Origin: Chiloscyllium plagiosum
Taxonomy: Eukaryota
Length of the DNA: 64,000 bases
Direction of reading: 5' to 3'
Assembly: GCF_004010195.1 (NCBI RefSeq)
Contig: NC_057718.1
Coordinates: 89,693,497-89,757,496, forward strand
Shown: positions 1 to 12,349 of the stretch, piece by piece
Layout: every line of letters starts with the position of its first letter
How positions within the stretch are numbered: the first letter of the stretch is position 1
Notes under the pieces: model-generated
Seen by the model: the letters and a program-made list of their open reading frames with translations, nothing else
The model's database searches: none
Told to the model about the DNA's origin: nothing
Translations under genes and position numbers: made by a program

Positions 1-296
1 TCTCCCCCATTTTCTGTGGCTCCACACAAAGACCGCCTTGCTAATCTTTGAGGGGCCCTATTCTCTCCCTAGTTTCCCTTTTGTCCTTAATATATTTGTA
101 AAAACCCTTTGGATTCTCCTTAATTCTATTTGCCAAAGCTATCTCATGTCCCCGTTTTACCCTCCTGGCTTCCCTCTTAAGTATATTCCTACTTTCTTTA
201 TACTCTTCTAAGGATTCACTCGATCTATCCTGTCTATACCTGACATATGCTTCCTTCTTTTTCTTAACCAAACCCTCAATTTCTATAGTCATCCAG
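1..296 (-). mobile_element. CR1 (HER1-like) LINE ORF2 fragment between endonuclease and RT
   Basis: Translation EIEGLVKKKKEAYVRY...ALANRIKENPKGFYKYIKDKR is typical of the CR1 ORF2 linker. Confidence 0.85.
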
Positions 297-379
297 CCAA
301 CACACAATGAATCATAGCAAATCAGTAACTGATATAACATTTCAGCAGTGGTCTACATAAACATGCTTCTGCATTTTTT

Positions 380-995
380 TCTTCAAAAATATACGTTATT
401 CATAAAAATATCTTAATGTACACACATAGTCACTAATGTAGTTCGGTGCTGTATGGTTGCATATGAGGAAAGGAAGAAACATCAGAGTTTGATTCTAACC
501 AGCAAACAAATCCACGACATTTCTTACTCACACAACATTTTATTTACATACTTTTGAGGCACTGGGAGGTTCTGAGCAGACGGTGGTCTTTCCCCACTGT
601 GCCTGGCAGCAGCTGCCCCCAGGCTCTTAGGTGTCCTCCAGCACTTGGCCGTGGACCTTGGAATGTACCAGTCTGCAACACTCAGTCGAGATCAACAAGT
701 TTTAGGCAGACGAAAGGGCATGTTTCACCAAGTTGATGGTCCTCCAGGCACAGTCGATGTCTGTCTCAGTGTGCGTCCGGGGGAACAGGCCATAGAGAAC
801 ACAGTCCTACATCATGGAGCTGCTCAGGACGACTCTTGACACAAACCACTGCATCTCTCTCCAGCCTTCCTTTACAAAGGCACGTTCCAGCAGGAGATGT
901 ATGACAGTCTCTACCTCCCGCCCCCCCAACAACAACCGGTTCAAGAGCAGCGTGCGGTGACGCAGACCGGCTGGACGCACATTCTGCTGCCACAA
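380..995 (-). mobile_element. Tx1/L1-clade LINE 3' fragment (ORF2 C-terminal zinc-knuckle region and 3' UTR)
   Basis: ETVIHLLLERAFVKEGWREMQWFVSR; homologous to 36005-36890; A-rich tail on the minus strand near 380. Confidence 0.8.
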
Positions 996-1227
996 AATGC
1001 CAATCGATTGTTCAGCCTTGAGTAATCACCAGCCAGCCAAGCATTTGATCTAAATCACCATCAATCGCACACATTCTGGTCACAGGGAGTGAGTAGGCCA
1101 CTCACAAACAGGAAAGTCTGTGCTGATCAACGACGATGTGGTCACACTCGATTACCTTTCCGCACTCCGAATAGCAAACTCACAAACAACAGGAGAGAAC
1201 AAAGGGACAAACTCTTACATTGACCTG

Positions 1228-1360
1228 ATGTGGAGGAGTCAGTGTTGGACTGGGATGGACAAAGTTAAAAATTATAGTCCAACAGGTTTATTTGGAAGCA
1301 CTAGCTTTCCGAAAGCTAGTGCTTCCAAATAAACCTGTTGGACTGCAACCTGGCATTGTC
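1228..1360. mobile_element. PLE-derived fold-back element, family B
   Basis: Perfect 34-bp inverted arms 1276-1309 and 1311-1344; same family as 36622 and 62722. Confidence 0.75.
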
Positions 1361-1369
1361 TCATACTGA

Positions 1370-1690
1370 CAGCAGCTTTCCATAGTTTTCGGATTTCCCA
1401 AAGGAATTTGGAACCAAATAAAGAGTTGATTTTTTAAAATATTTTAGTCACTCCTGTAAGACAGGAAATACAGCAGCCAATTTCCTCACAGTAAGGTCCC
1501 AAAAGATATTGTCAAGGGGGATTTCTGGTTAACTCCCCAGGTCTTCTTTAATGAGCATTGTGTGATCTTTTAGCAGCATGTGAGACAGTAGACAGGGCTT
1601 CAACTTAATGTCTCCTCCCAGACATAGCACACCGAACAGTGCAGCACTCCCTCAGTGCGTGATGGATCAGGCGTTGATCATGTGACCTCC
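1370..1690 (-). mobile_element. Deu-domain SINE (SacSINE1-like), diverged
   Basis: Reverse complement resembles 17518-17892 (actgagggagtgctgcactgt; ttactgtg..aaattggctgctgtatttcct). Confidence 0.6.
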
Positions 1691-1694
1691 TGAT

Positions 1695-2240
1695 TCGGCC
1701 ACTTTTGGAATACTGCGTTCAATTCTGAAATCCCTGCTTGAGGAAGGATGCTGTGAAACTTGAAAAGGTTCAGAAAAGATTTACAAGGATGTTGCCAGGG
1801 TTGGAGGGCTTAAGCTACAGGGAGAGGCTGAATAGGATGGGGCTGTTTTCCCTGAAGCATCGGAGGCTGAGGGGTGACCTTATAGAGGTTTATAAAATCA
1901 TGAGGGGCATGGATAGGGTAAACAGGCAAAGTCTTTTCCCTGGGATGGGGGAGTCCAGAACTAGACGGCAAGGTTTAGAGTGAGAGGGGCAAGATTTAAA
2001 AGGAAGTTAAGGGCAATTCTTTCAGCAGAGAGTGGTGCGTATATGGAATGAGCTGCCAGAGGAGGTGGTAGAAGCTGGTACAATTGCAACATTAAAAAGG
2101 CACCTGGATGGGTACATTAATAGGAAGGGTACAGAGGATCAAATGCTGGAAAATGGGACTAATTTTATTCAGGATAGCTGGTCAGCATAGAGAAGTTAGA
2201 CCGAAGATTCCATTTCCTGCTGTACATCTCTATGATTCAA
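1695..2240 (+). mobile_element. CR1 LINE 3' end, 5'-truncated
   Basis: KLEKVQKRFTRMLPGLEGLSYRERL..RRLRGDLIEVYKI followed by a 3' UTR ending ctctatgatt. Confidence 0.92.
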
Positions 2241-2296
2241 AGGTGATTCAGGGCAAACACTGTCCCCCTTTAAATACCCAAACGCTTAGGAGATTT

Positions 2297-2448
2297 GAGT
2301 CAAAATGTGTGGTGCTGGAAAAGCACAGCTGGTCAGGCAGCATCTGAGCAGCAGGAGAGTCGACGTTTCGAGCATAAGCTCTTCATCAGGAAACTGCTCT
2401 TCATCCTGACAGGTTTTGACTCTGGTGTTCAGCATCTGCACTTTCTCC
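2297..2448 (-). mobile_element. PLE family A terminal fragment with intact hammerhead core
   Basis: Minus strand CTGATGA-A-GAGC-ttat-GCTC-GAAA-CGTC (2362-2389); flanking direct repeat cttag(g/a)agattt at 2285-2296 and 2449-2460. Confidence 0.8.
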
Positions 2449-2781
2449 CTTAGAAGATTTCCACAGCAACCAGACTTACGCATGGCAAAACACTGGCAGC
2501 CTCAATCATATTTACTTTACAACAGAAGGATCTATTTGTCTTTAATCTGTCTTGTAATACATTCAAACGCGTTGTTTAACACTGCATTAAACAGCTCCCC
2601 CCCAGTCAAACTGCTGACACCAAGTACAATTCAAGAAGTAATGTCTCAGGTCAATGAACTTATCAGTTCTGACAAAACAACACAGGAGTCAGACATTGAC
2701 TCGATGTTTTTCTCTGTCCAGTTGCTGCCACTCCTGGTTATTCTCTCCAATATTCTCTCCAAGTAGTGTAGGCTGAATTTT

Positions 2782-3032
2782 CATAGAATCCCTACAGCGT
2801 GGATGCAGGCCATTCAGCCCATCCACACCAACCATTCGAAGAGCATCCAACCCAGACTCACCCCAACCCCGCATTTCGCAAGGCTAACCCACAACATACT
2901 ACATATTTTTGGACTGTTGGAGGAAACCGGAGCATCCAGAGGAAACCCACGCAGACAGGGGGAGAATGTGCAAACTCCACACAGACAGTCACCTGAGGGC
3001 GGAATCAAATCTGGGAGCCTGGTGCTGTGAGA
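2782..3032 (-). mobile_element. HE1-like tRNA-derived V-SINE
   Basis: V-domain gtgactgtctgtgtggagtttgcacattctccc..gggtttcctc on the minus strand, CR1-like tail. Confidence 0.85.
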
Positions 3033-3034
3033 CA

Positions 3035-4450
3035 GTCATAGAGGCATGGAAACAGACCCTTCGGTCCAACTCGTCCATGCCAACCAGTTATCCTAACCTA
3101 ATTTAGTCCCATTTGCCAGCATTTGGCCCATATCCCTCCAAACCCTTCCTATTCATGTACCCATCCAGATGCCTTTTAAATGCTGTAATCGTACCAGCCT
3201 CCAGCACTTCCTCTGGCAGCTCATTCCATACACACACCACCCTCTGTGTGAAAAAGTTCCCCGTTAGGTCTCTTTTATATCTTTCCCTCCCACCCTAAAC
3301 CTATGCCCTCTAGGTCTGGACTCCCCCACCCCAGGGAAAAGACCTGGTCTATTATACCCTATCAATGCCCCCTCATGATTTTATAAATCTCTATAAGATC
3401 ACCTCTCAACCTCTGACACTCCAGGGAAAACAGCCCCACCCTGTTCAGCCTCTCCCTATAGCTCAAATCGTCCAACCCTGGCACCATCCTTGTAAATCTT
3501 TTCTGAACATTTTCAAGTTTCACACTACCTTTCCGATAGGAAGGAGACCAGCAATATTCCAACCAATGTCCTGTACAGACCTCCCAACTCCTGTACACAA
3601 TACTCAATAAAGGAAAGCATCTCAAACGCCGCCTTCACTATCCTATCTACCTGCGACTTCACTTTCAAGGAGCTATGAACCTGCACTCCCCAGGACCTTA
3701 CTATTAAATGTATATGTCCTGCTCTGATTTGCCTTTCCAAACTGCAGTACCTCGCAGTTTTCTAAATTAAACTTCATCTGCCACCACTCAGCCCATTGGC
3801 CCATCTGCTCAAGATCCCATTGTAATCTGAGATAACCTTTGCTGTCCACTTCGCCTCCAATTTTGGTGTCATCTGCAAACTTAGTAACTATACCTCCTGT
3901 GTTCACATCCAAATCATTTATATAAATGATGAAAAATAGTGGACCCAGCACCGATCCTTGTGGCCACAGGGATCCTCTGGTCACAGGGCTGCAGTCTGAA
4001 AAGCAACCCTCCACCACCACCCTCTGTCTTCTACCTTTGAGCCAGTTCTGTATCCAAATGGCTAGTTCTCCATGTATTCCATGAGATCTAACCTTGTTAA
4101 CTAGTCTTCCATGAGGACCCTTGTTGAAAGTCTTACTGAGGTCCATATACAGCATCGAGGAGAAAGTGAGAACTGCAGATGCTGGAGGTCAGAGTTGAGA
4201 GTGTGGTGCAGGAAAAGCAGAGCAGGTCAGGCAGCATCTGAGGAGCAGGAAAATCGACATTTCAGGCATAAGCCCTTGATCAGGAAGGGTTTCCAGATGA
4301 AAGGTTTATGCCTGAAATGTCGATTCTCCTGCTCCTCGGATGCTGCCTGACCTGCTGTGCTTTTCTAGCACCACACTCTCAAGTCCATATAGATCATGAC
4401 CACCGCTCTGCCCTCATCAATCCTCTTAATTGCTTCTTCAAAAAACTCAA
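3035..4450 (-). mobile_element. CR1 LINE RT and 3' end, decayed, interrupted by a PLE palindrome
   Basis: PQGSVLGPLFFIIYINDLD..KFADDTK RT motifs; frameshifts and deletions. Confidence 0.92.
4157..4380. mobile_element. PLE family A fold-back element (degenerate hammerhead on both arms)
   Basis: Inverted arms centred near 4290; degenerate TSD gtccatata(c/g)a..cat on both sides. Confidence 0.8.
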
Positions 4451-4749
4451 TCACGTTAGCAGCCGTGCTAATCCCACTGAGCCACTGTGTTGTTTTGCTC
4501 ATTATTTATTTGATGATGTTACCTGAAGTACCTTCACTTGCTCTGCTAATTTAACAACATTGTATGAACACAAGCAGTGTGGATATTACATCTATATATT
4601 AATTCATGTGTATGATTGTAAAGAAACGAATTAAAGATTGTGTAGTGCGCATATGGGTGAAGCTCCACATCAATATTCTGCATCTTACAAAGCCACTGGG
4701 GTTTCGGGGGGAATGATCCTTTGTTTCCCGATAACTGATGGAGGACATA

Positions 4750-4930
4750 CTGTACATGCAGGACATCAGCTCACGGAGTGGTTCAGGGAACATCTCTGCA
4801 ACACATGCACCCAACAGCCCCCATCGCCCCCACTTCAACTTCCCCTCCCACTCCTCCAAGAACATGCAAGTCCTGGGCCTCCTCCACCGCCAAATCCTTG
4901 CCTCCCAACAACTAGAGGAAGAGCACCTCA
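4750..4930 (+). mobile_element. Penelope-like GIY-YIG endonuclease fragment
   Basis: GHQLTEWFREHL and HFNFPSHSSKNMQVLGLLHRQILASQQLEEEHLI resemble the PLE GIY-YIG R..EH, HF and E motifs. Confidence 0.8.
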
Positions 4931-5785
4931 TAGAGTCATAGAGATCTAGAGCACAGAAACAGACCCTTCAATCCAACATGTCCATGCCGACCAGATATCC
5001 AAACCTAATCTAATTCCATTAGCTAGCATTTGGCCAATACCCTATCTAAACCCTTCCTATTCATATACCCATCCAGATGCCTTTTAAATGCTGTAATTGT
5101 ACCAGCCTCCATCACTTCCTCTGGCAGCTCATTCCACACACGCACGACGCTCTATGTGAAACCATTGCCCCTTAGGTCCATTTTATATCTTTCCCCTCTC
5201 ACCCAAAACCTATGCCCTCTAGTTCTGGACTCCCCCACCCTAGGGAAAAGACTCTGTCTATTATACCTTATGCATGCCCCTCATGATTTTATAAACTTCT
5301 ATAAGGTCACCCCTCAGCCTCCAACGCTCCAGGGAAAACAGCCCCAGCCTGTTCAGCCTCTCCCAATAGCTCAAATCCTCCAACCCTGGTAACATCCTTG
5401 TAAGTCTTTTCTGAACCTTTTCAAGTTTCACAACATCCTTCCTCGAGCAGGGAGACTGGAATTGCACGCAGTATTCCAAAAGTGGCCAAAACAATGTCCT
5501 GTACAGCTGCAACATGACCTCCCAACTCCTACGATCAATGCTCTGACCAACAAAGGAAAGCATACCAAATGTCTTTTTCATTATCCTATCTACCTGAGAC
5601 TCTATTTTCAATGAACTATGAACCTGCACTCCAAGGTCTCTTTGCTCAGCAACACTCCCCAGGACCTTACCATTAAGCGTACAAGTCCCGCTCTGATTTA
5701 CTTTTCCAAAATGCAGCACCTTGTATCTATCTAAATTAAACTCCATTTGCCACTCCTCAGCCCATTAGCCCATCTGATCAAAGGA
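4928..5785 (-). mobile_element. CR1 LINE 3' fragment
   Basis: ORF 5261-5746 MEFNLD..RDLGVQVHSSLK..LEYCVQF..RLRGDLIEVYK plus 3' UTR. Confidence 0.92.
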
Positions 5786-5809
5786 ACGTTCTGCCTTGGG
5801 AGTCTTCAA

Positions 5810-6630
5810 CCTTTTTGTTATTTATATAAATGATTTGGATGTGAACATAGGAGGTCGAGTTAGTAAGTTTGCAGATGACACCAGAATTGAAGGTGCAGCG
5901 GACAGCGAAGGCTACCTCAGAGTACAATGAGATCTTGACCAGATGGGCCAATAGGCTGAGGAATTGCAGATGGAGTTAATTTAGATAAATGTGAGGTGCT
6001 GCATTTTGGAAAGGGGAATCAGGGCAGGACTTATACACTTAATGGTAAAGTCCTGAGGAGAGTTGTTGAATGAGGAGACCTTGGAGTGCAGGTTCACAGC
6101 TCCTTGAAAGTGGAGTCGCAGGTAGATAGTATAGTGAAGGAGGCGTTTGGTATGCTTTCCTTTATTGGTCAGAGTATTGAGTACAGGAGTTGGGAGGTCA
6201 TGTTCTGGCTGTACAGGACATTGGTTCGCCACTGTTGGAATATTGCGTTAAATTCTGGTCTTTGTCCTGTAGGAATGATGTTGCGAAACTTGAATGGGTT
6301 CAGAAAAAATTTACAAGGATGTTGCCAAGGATGGAGAGCAGAGGCTGAATATTCTGGGGCTGTTTTCCCTCAGCGTCGGAGGCTGAGGGGTGACCTTATA
6401 GAGGTTTATAAGATCATCGGGGCCTGGATAGGATAAATAGACAAGGTTCTTTCCCTGGGGTGTGGGAGTCCATACTAGAGGGCATAGGTTTAGAGTGAGA
6501 GGGGAAAGATATAAAAGGGACCTAAGGGACAACTTTTTCACACAGAGGGTGGTGCTTGTGTGGAATGAGCTGCCAAAGGAAGCGGTGGAGGCTGGTACAA
6601 TTACAACATTTAAAAGGGATTTGGATGGGT
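5810..6630 (+). mobile_element. CR1 LINE RT-to-3' fragment, runs into an assembly gap
   Basis: YINDLD..KFADDT; NFFTQRVVLVWNELP. Confidence 0.9.
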
Positions 6631-6746
6631 NNNNNNNNNNNNNNNNNNNNNNNNNNNNNNNNNNNNNNNNNNNNNNNNNNNNNNNNNNNNNNNNNNNNNN
6701 NNNNNNNNNNNNNNNNNNNNNNNNNNNNNNNNNNNNNNNNNNNNNN

Positions 6747-6945
6747 ACCCCCCCACCGGCCTCTACCCATTGCATTCCCAGCCACCTTCCCCCCAGTCCC
6801 ACCCCTTACCCTCCTATTTTTCTCTCAGCCTTCATCCTCCCCCCTCACATTGCTGATGAAGGGCTTATGCCCGAAACATCGATTCTCCTGCCCCTCAGTT
6901 GCTGCCTGACCTGCTGTGTTTTTCCAGCGTCACACCTTTTGACTG
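6747..6945 (+). mobile_element. PLE family A 3' end with hammerhead motif
   Basis: Pyrimidine tract, then CTGATGA(6853)-A-GGGC-ttat-GCCC-GAAA-CATC. Confidence 0.8.
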
Positions 6946-7700
6946 TGTACTGTGAATGCCTGTTCTGATTTGAAGCCACTCGGTCCAGGAGCATCCAAAA
7001 TGACACCTCCAAACAGTAGTGACTCAAGTGGCCCCAGCAGTCTTAAGTATACCCACCAGGCAAATGGCTGCAGGAGAGCTGTGCTACTGGAGGCGACCTC
7101 CTTTTGGATGGAGCAAGAACCTGTCCATTCTCTGAGGTGGATGTAAATGGCACATGACGTTAAAGGGAAGACTTGCATTCACATAGCAACTCTCATGGCT
7201 TCTACAGCTCGTGAGGCATGTACAAGCCAAATAAAGAACTGCACTGTCTATGGGAAACAAGAGAACCAATGTGCATACAGTAAGCTCTGGCAATGCAGTG
7301 AAGATCAGATAATCTGCTCTTTTAAAAAATGTGGGTTGAAAGACAAATATTAGCCTTGACACACCTGGGAGAAGACCCCACTGTCCCTCTAATAATACAA
7401 TTGCAACTTTAGTGTCTGCCTGACAGCAAAGACAGAACATCAGTTTAATTAGCTGAGTCCTAATAACTTCATCCGAAGGAGCATGTCTGCTGACACTGCA
7501 AACTCACTTCTGGATAGGACACTGGTTCGGCAACTTTTGGAATACTGTGTGCAATTCTGGTCTCCTTCTAAATGGGGAGACTCTCTGACTCTAAGTGCCC
7601 CCTGCCAGTAGCAGCAGGGACTCCACTGTGTCCCATTCACTCACATTCGTCATGCTTTTTTGGGTCCGCCATGTTTTTTCTTGGCAATGTGTTTTGCAAA

Positions 7701-8390
7701 GTGTGTGTGTCTGTGCGTGTGTGTCTGTGCGTGTGTGTGTGTGTNNNNNNNNNNNNNNNNNNNNNNNNNNNNNNNNNNNNNNNNNNNNNNNNNNNNNNNN
7801 NNNNNNNNNNNNNNNNNNNNNNNNNNNNNNNNNNNNNNNNNNNNNNNNNNNNNNNNNNNNNNNNNNNNNNNNNNNNNNNNNNNNNNNNNNNNNNNNNNNN
7901 NNNNNNNNNNNNNNNNCGTGTGTGTGTGCCTGTGTGTATGTGCGTGGGTGTGTGTATGTGCGTGTGTGTGTGGCTGTGCGTGTGTGTGTGGCTGTGCGTG
8001 TGTGTGTGGCTGTGCGTGTGTGTGTGGCTGTGCGTGTGTGTGTGGCTGTGCGTGTGTGTGTGGCTGTGCGTGTGTGTGTGGCTGTGCGTGTGTGTGTGGC
8101 TGTGCGTGTGTGTGTGGCTGTGCGTGTGTGTGTGGCTGTGCGTGTGTGTGTGGCTGTGCGTGTGTGTGTGGCTGTGCGTGTGTGTGTGGCTGTGCGTGTG
8201 TGTGTGGCTGTGCGTGTGTGTGTGGCTGTGCGTGTGTGTGTGGCTGTGCGTGTGTGTGTGGCTGTGCGTGTGTGTGTGGCTGTGCGTGTGTGTGTGGCTG
8301 TGCGTGTGTGTGTGGCTGTGCGTGTGTGTGTGGCTGTGCGTGTGTGTGTGGCTGTGCGTGTGTGTGTGTCTGTGTTCGTGTGCCTATGTG
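7701..8390. repeat. GT-derived tandem repeat, 18-bp unit ggctgtgcgtgtgtgtgt
   Basis: About 22 near-perfect units from 7972; contains an N gap. Confidence 0.95.
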
Positions 8391-8544
8391 TGCAGAAAGT
8401 TCCATATGCACCAATCTGAACTTTCCGGGGTTGGCATGAGTCCAATGAAATCTCAGAATTTCTCACAATAAAGCACCTTTCCTGTCCCCTGCCCACGGTG
8501 CCCATCCCATGGCCTGTCAACTCAGACATCCTACTCAAGCCTCC

Positions 8545-8720
8545 ATCCTAATTGCTGTTGACGGAACCCTGAGCTGCTTCAGAGGGCAGTTAAGAGTCAG
8601 CCATCTTGCTGTGGGCCTGCAGTCACATGTAGGCCACACCAAGTAAAGATGGAGGATTTCCTTCCCACACAACGTGAGTAACATGGATGGATTTTCACAG
8701 TTACCGTCTCTGAGAGCAGC
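8545..8720 (-). mobile_element. Second tRNA-derived SINE family, fragment (other copies at 23315-23620 +, 26595-26925 -, 55675-55915 -, 59270-59590 -)
   Basis: Shared core ggcagttaagagtca..cagtcacatgtaggcca..ggtaa; the 23315 copy shows A/B boxes; tail shared with the LINE at 40720. Confidence 0.7.
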
Positions 8721-8732
8721 TTTATGCTGGTA

Positions 8733-9245
8733 GAAAGTGAGGACTGCAGATGCTGGAGATCAGAGTCAAAAATTGTGGTGCTGGAAAGGCACAGCCGGTC
8801 AGGCAGCATCCAAGGAGGAGGAGATATTGACCTTAAGTCCTGGGCTTCCTCCACCACCAAACTCTAACCACACGATGCCTGACGGAAGAACGCCTCATCC
8901 TCCGCCTTGGGACCTTCCAACCACAACGGATCAATGTCGATTTCACCTATTTTCTCATCTCCCCTCCCCCAGATCCAACCCTCCAACTCGGCACCACCCT
9001 CTTGAACTGTCCTACCTGTCCACCTTCCTTCCCAAATATCCGCTCCACCCTCCTCGCCGACTATCACCGTCACCCTCCATCTTCATCTACCTATCACCTT
9101 CCTAGCTACCTTCCCCCCACCCCAACACCCCCCATTTATCTCTCAGCCCCCTTGGGTCCCTCCCCACATTCCTGATGAAGAGCTTATGCTCGATATGTTG
9201 ACTCTCCCTGTTCCTGGGATGCTTTTCCAGCACCACACTTTTTGA
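8733..9245 (+). mobile_element. PLE family A: inverted terminal repeat, GIY-YIG C-terminus and 3' repeat
   Basis: VLGFLHHQTLTTRCLTEERLILRLGTFQPQRINVDF; inverted 8733-8830 precedes the sense copy; degenerate hammerhead at 9172. Confidence 0.85.
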
Positions 9246-10539
9246 GCAGCTTTATATTCCCAATTTAATTAATTAGGATTCAGATTTCAACAACTACTGT
9301 GGTGGGGTTTGACTCCATGTTAATGAATCTTTAGATTACTACCTCGGAGACACCACCACCTCCAGGTTATGGCACAGCTAACATCATCGGAGCCAGGTTT
9401 CCTGGTTACCATTGCATCGTTGTGGGTGGAGCCTACTTGGCTATATTTATACAAGCTCCACTTACACCGGGCAATACTGAGGCCCACTGAGGGGAAGGAT
9501 TGGATCTCCTTGAGCATGCACTCACATGGTCAGCTGGAGAGTGCCAGGTTACCTGATCACCAGGTTCCCCATCAATCTGGCAAGGATGATACCTCGGTAT
9601 CTGCAAGTCTCAATCATCGCCCTCAGTTTGTGCATAAAAGGGAGGAGGCAGGGGTGTTGCTAATCGGCTGAGGGATTAGAAACGACCTTGAGGGATACAT
9701 CAGAACAGGAAGTGAATTGATGACGCCCACAGATGAACGTCAAGGAGCCCACCCTCTGCTCGCTGTGCTGCATTCTTTTGTGGGAGTGATCTCCACGGCA
9801 ACAGTAATTGCAGCAGAGGTAGCGGTTTCCGTAGCAACACACACACCGGATGCTGGAGAATACGAATCCCGTACCGATACTAGAGGAGCAGCAAACCGGG
9901 TTCTGAATTGGACGTCGAGGCTTTCCGAATTGTGGAATTAAAAGTCCACTTCTCAAAGTGGCCCCTACCCTCTTTCTACTGCACTTTAACCCCGGTCAGA
10001 AATCCTTTCAGATACTAGGTGCAACTCTCACTTGGTTCTTGCTTTGCAGCATGGTGCTCTTGATTTTCTACCCATTGCTGACCTCCAAGTGAAGAGTTGC
10101 CCACCCCCCACATCCGGCAGGTCATGACATGGAAGGTCACACATGTTTTGTTAACAAGAAGTACCCGTGAGATGCTGCCCAGAATGTCCTCACAGAACGG
10201 TCTAAGGCAATGCCCAAAGGGAGCTCAGGCAAATCTCCCAAGATCCAAATGTCCCTGTAACACCCGGAAACCTCCACTCGTGGCACAACCAATCACAGAA
10301 AGGTTGCCCACATCACGAGAATGGAAGGAGATGGTGAGAAGGGGCTACTCCAATCAGAGACCAGTTCTCATCTGTGCTTGCTTGATTGTGGGCCTATCAG
10401 CAAGAGGGGTAGGAGAGAAGCAACCTCCATTTGGAGGGGCAACGGGCAGTTAGGTAAATGTGTGAGGGAGTCACTGGGAACTGCTTTATCCCAGGTTGGG
10501 ATTGTCAATTGCTTTTACATGAGGCCTACTTCATCAGAA

Positions 10540-10990
10540 GTCAAGACTAGGGCCGCCTCTACCCCAGGCCAAGATCAGGGACATCCTTCAACCAATGCCA
10601 GGATTAAGGCTGTCTCTATCCTAGGCTGCGATCAGGGACATCCTTTAACCAAGACCAGGACACATGGCCAAGATCAGGGACATCCTTTAACAAAGGCCGG
10701 TATAGAGCTGTCTCAACACTAGGCCGAGAGCGGGGACATGTTTTAACCAAGGCCGGGATTTGGGCTGTCTCTACACTAGGCCGAGATCAAGGACATCTTT
10801 TAACCAAGGCCGAGATAGAGCTGTCTCTACCCTAAGCCAAGATCAGGGACATCCTCTAACCAAGGCCAGGTTAGGGCTGTCTCTACACAAGGCCAAGATC
10901 GGGAGTAGGCCTAGATGATGGCTGTCTTTAGCCATGGCCATGATCCGGGGCCTCTTTTTGCCGTGACTGGGATTAGAGCCATCTTTACCT
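10540..10990. repeat. Diverged minisatellite, about 56-57-bp unit
   Basis: Recurring ggccaagatcagggacatcctttaaccaaggcc..gctgtctctac. Confidence 0.85.
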
Positions 10991-11124
10991 GAGGCTGGAA
11001 TTGGGGTTGGGGGGGGTAGGGTGCAGTTTGTAATTGGTGGTGGTTGGTGTGGGGCGGGGGGGGTACGTGTAGGGGGAGAATGGAAGGCAGATGAAAGAGG
11101 GTTATGAGGACAAGGTCATGCATA

Positions 11125-11415
11125 TAAGAATTGTAAACTGTGAATAAGACAGTGTGGAACTCTGCAAAGAATTTGACAAATTGATGGAGTGGGTAGATAG
11201 GTGGCAAATGAAGAGAAGTGTGAGGGATGCACTTTAGTCAGAAGAATATTGAAAGACCACGTAAAATAGGGGGTATAGTTATAAACCTGGGTCCCAGAGC
11301 AGAGGGTCCAGGGTGTGTATGTTCACAGGTCATTGATGGTGGCAGGACAGGTGGAGTGAACGGTTAATAAAGCATCCGGAACCCTCGGCTTTATGAACAG
11401 GGGCAGAGTGTACAA
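11125..11415 (+). mobile_element. Old CR1 fragment
   Basis: Similar to the post-FADD RT region (gagtgggtagataggtggcaaatg..gttaataaagca). Confidence 0.6.
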
Positions 11416-11429
11416 TCATAATGAGTGAC

Positions 11430-12080
11430 GTTGAATTACTCAGATACTGAAGTAATCCATGTTCATATGCAGCAAGACCTAGACAACATTCAGGGTCTGG
11501 CTGATAAGATGCAAGTCACATTCATGCCCCACCAGCATCTGTACCACGCGATGACCATCTCCAACAAGAGAGAACCCAACCATCACCTCTGGACATTCAG
11601 TGGTAACACCATTGCTGAATCACCTACTATCAAAAACTCTGGGGTTACCAATGACCAGTAACTGAACTGGACTAGTCATATAAATAATGTAACTACAAGA
11701 GCAGGTCAGAGGCCAGGAATACTGGAACAAGTAACTCAAATCCTGACTCCTTAAAACCTGCCCACCAACAGCAAGGCACAAGTCAGGATTGTGATGGAAT
11801 GTTTGCCTGGATGAGCGCACCTTCAGTAACATTCAGGAACACCAGCCAGCAGCCCGCTTGATTGGCACTGCATCTAAGCCTAGTAACACTTCATCCCTTA
11901 ACCAGCTACGCACAATGAAAGCAGTGTGCACCATCTGTGAGATTCAGTGCAGTAACTTCACTGAATGCCCAGGGATGATGGTTGGATTCTCTCTTGTTGG
12001 AGATGGTCATTGTCTGCTACTTGTATGACGTGAACGTTACTTGCTGAGACAGTACCTTCCAAACCTGCAACTCACCACCT
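11430..12080 (+). mobile_element. Second CR1/L2-group LINE family, RT-to-3' fragment with internal inversion
   Basis: DTEVIHVHMQQDLDNIQGLADK; homologous to 40720-41760. Confidence 0.8.
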
Positions 12081-12349
12081 TGGGATAGGTCAGTCCAACC
12101 TCTTGCCAGTCATATACGCAAGAACGATCCACCGGGGACGTGCCCACTCCACACAAGTTCAACTCCACTGCTTATCAACTTGGAGATATGGTGTTTGCCG
12201 TTACTAACAGATCTTGGTATTGGGATATGAGATTTATCCATCACTGAGGTAACAGGAATAAGACCAAGCCTCCAGGCCCAAGCACATCAATCAGGTCAAA
12301 GCAGTGAATAGTAACTACAGCTACAGATATGAGCGAGTTAGTTTGTTTT

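Noticed and set aside
7572..8538. 250-315 aa ORFs on both strands
   Set aside because: Translations of the GT repeat and an N gap
9660..9956. Cys-rich 98 aa ORF
   Set aside because: Non-ATG start, no recognisable domain or splice frame; better explained as regulatory DNA
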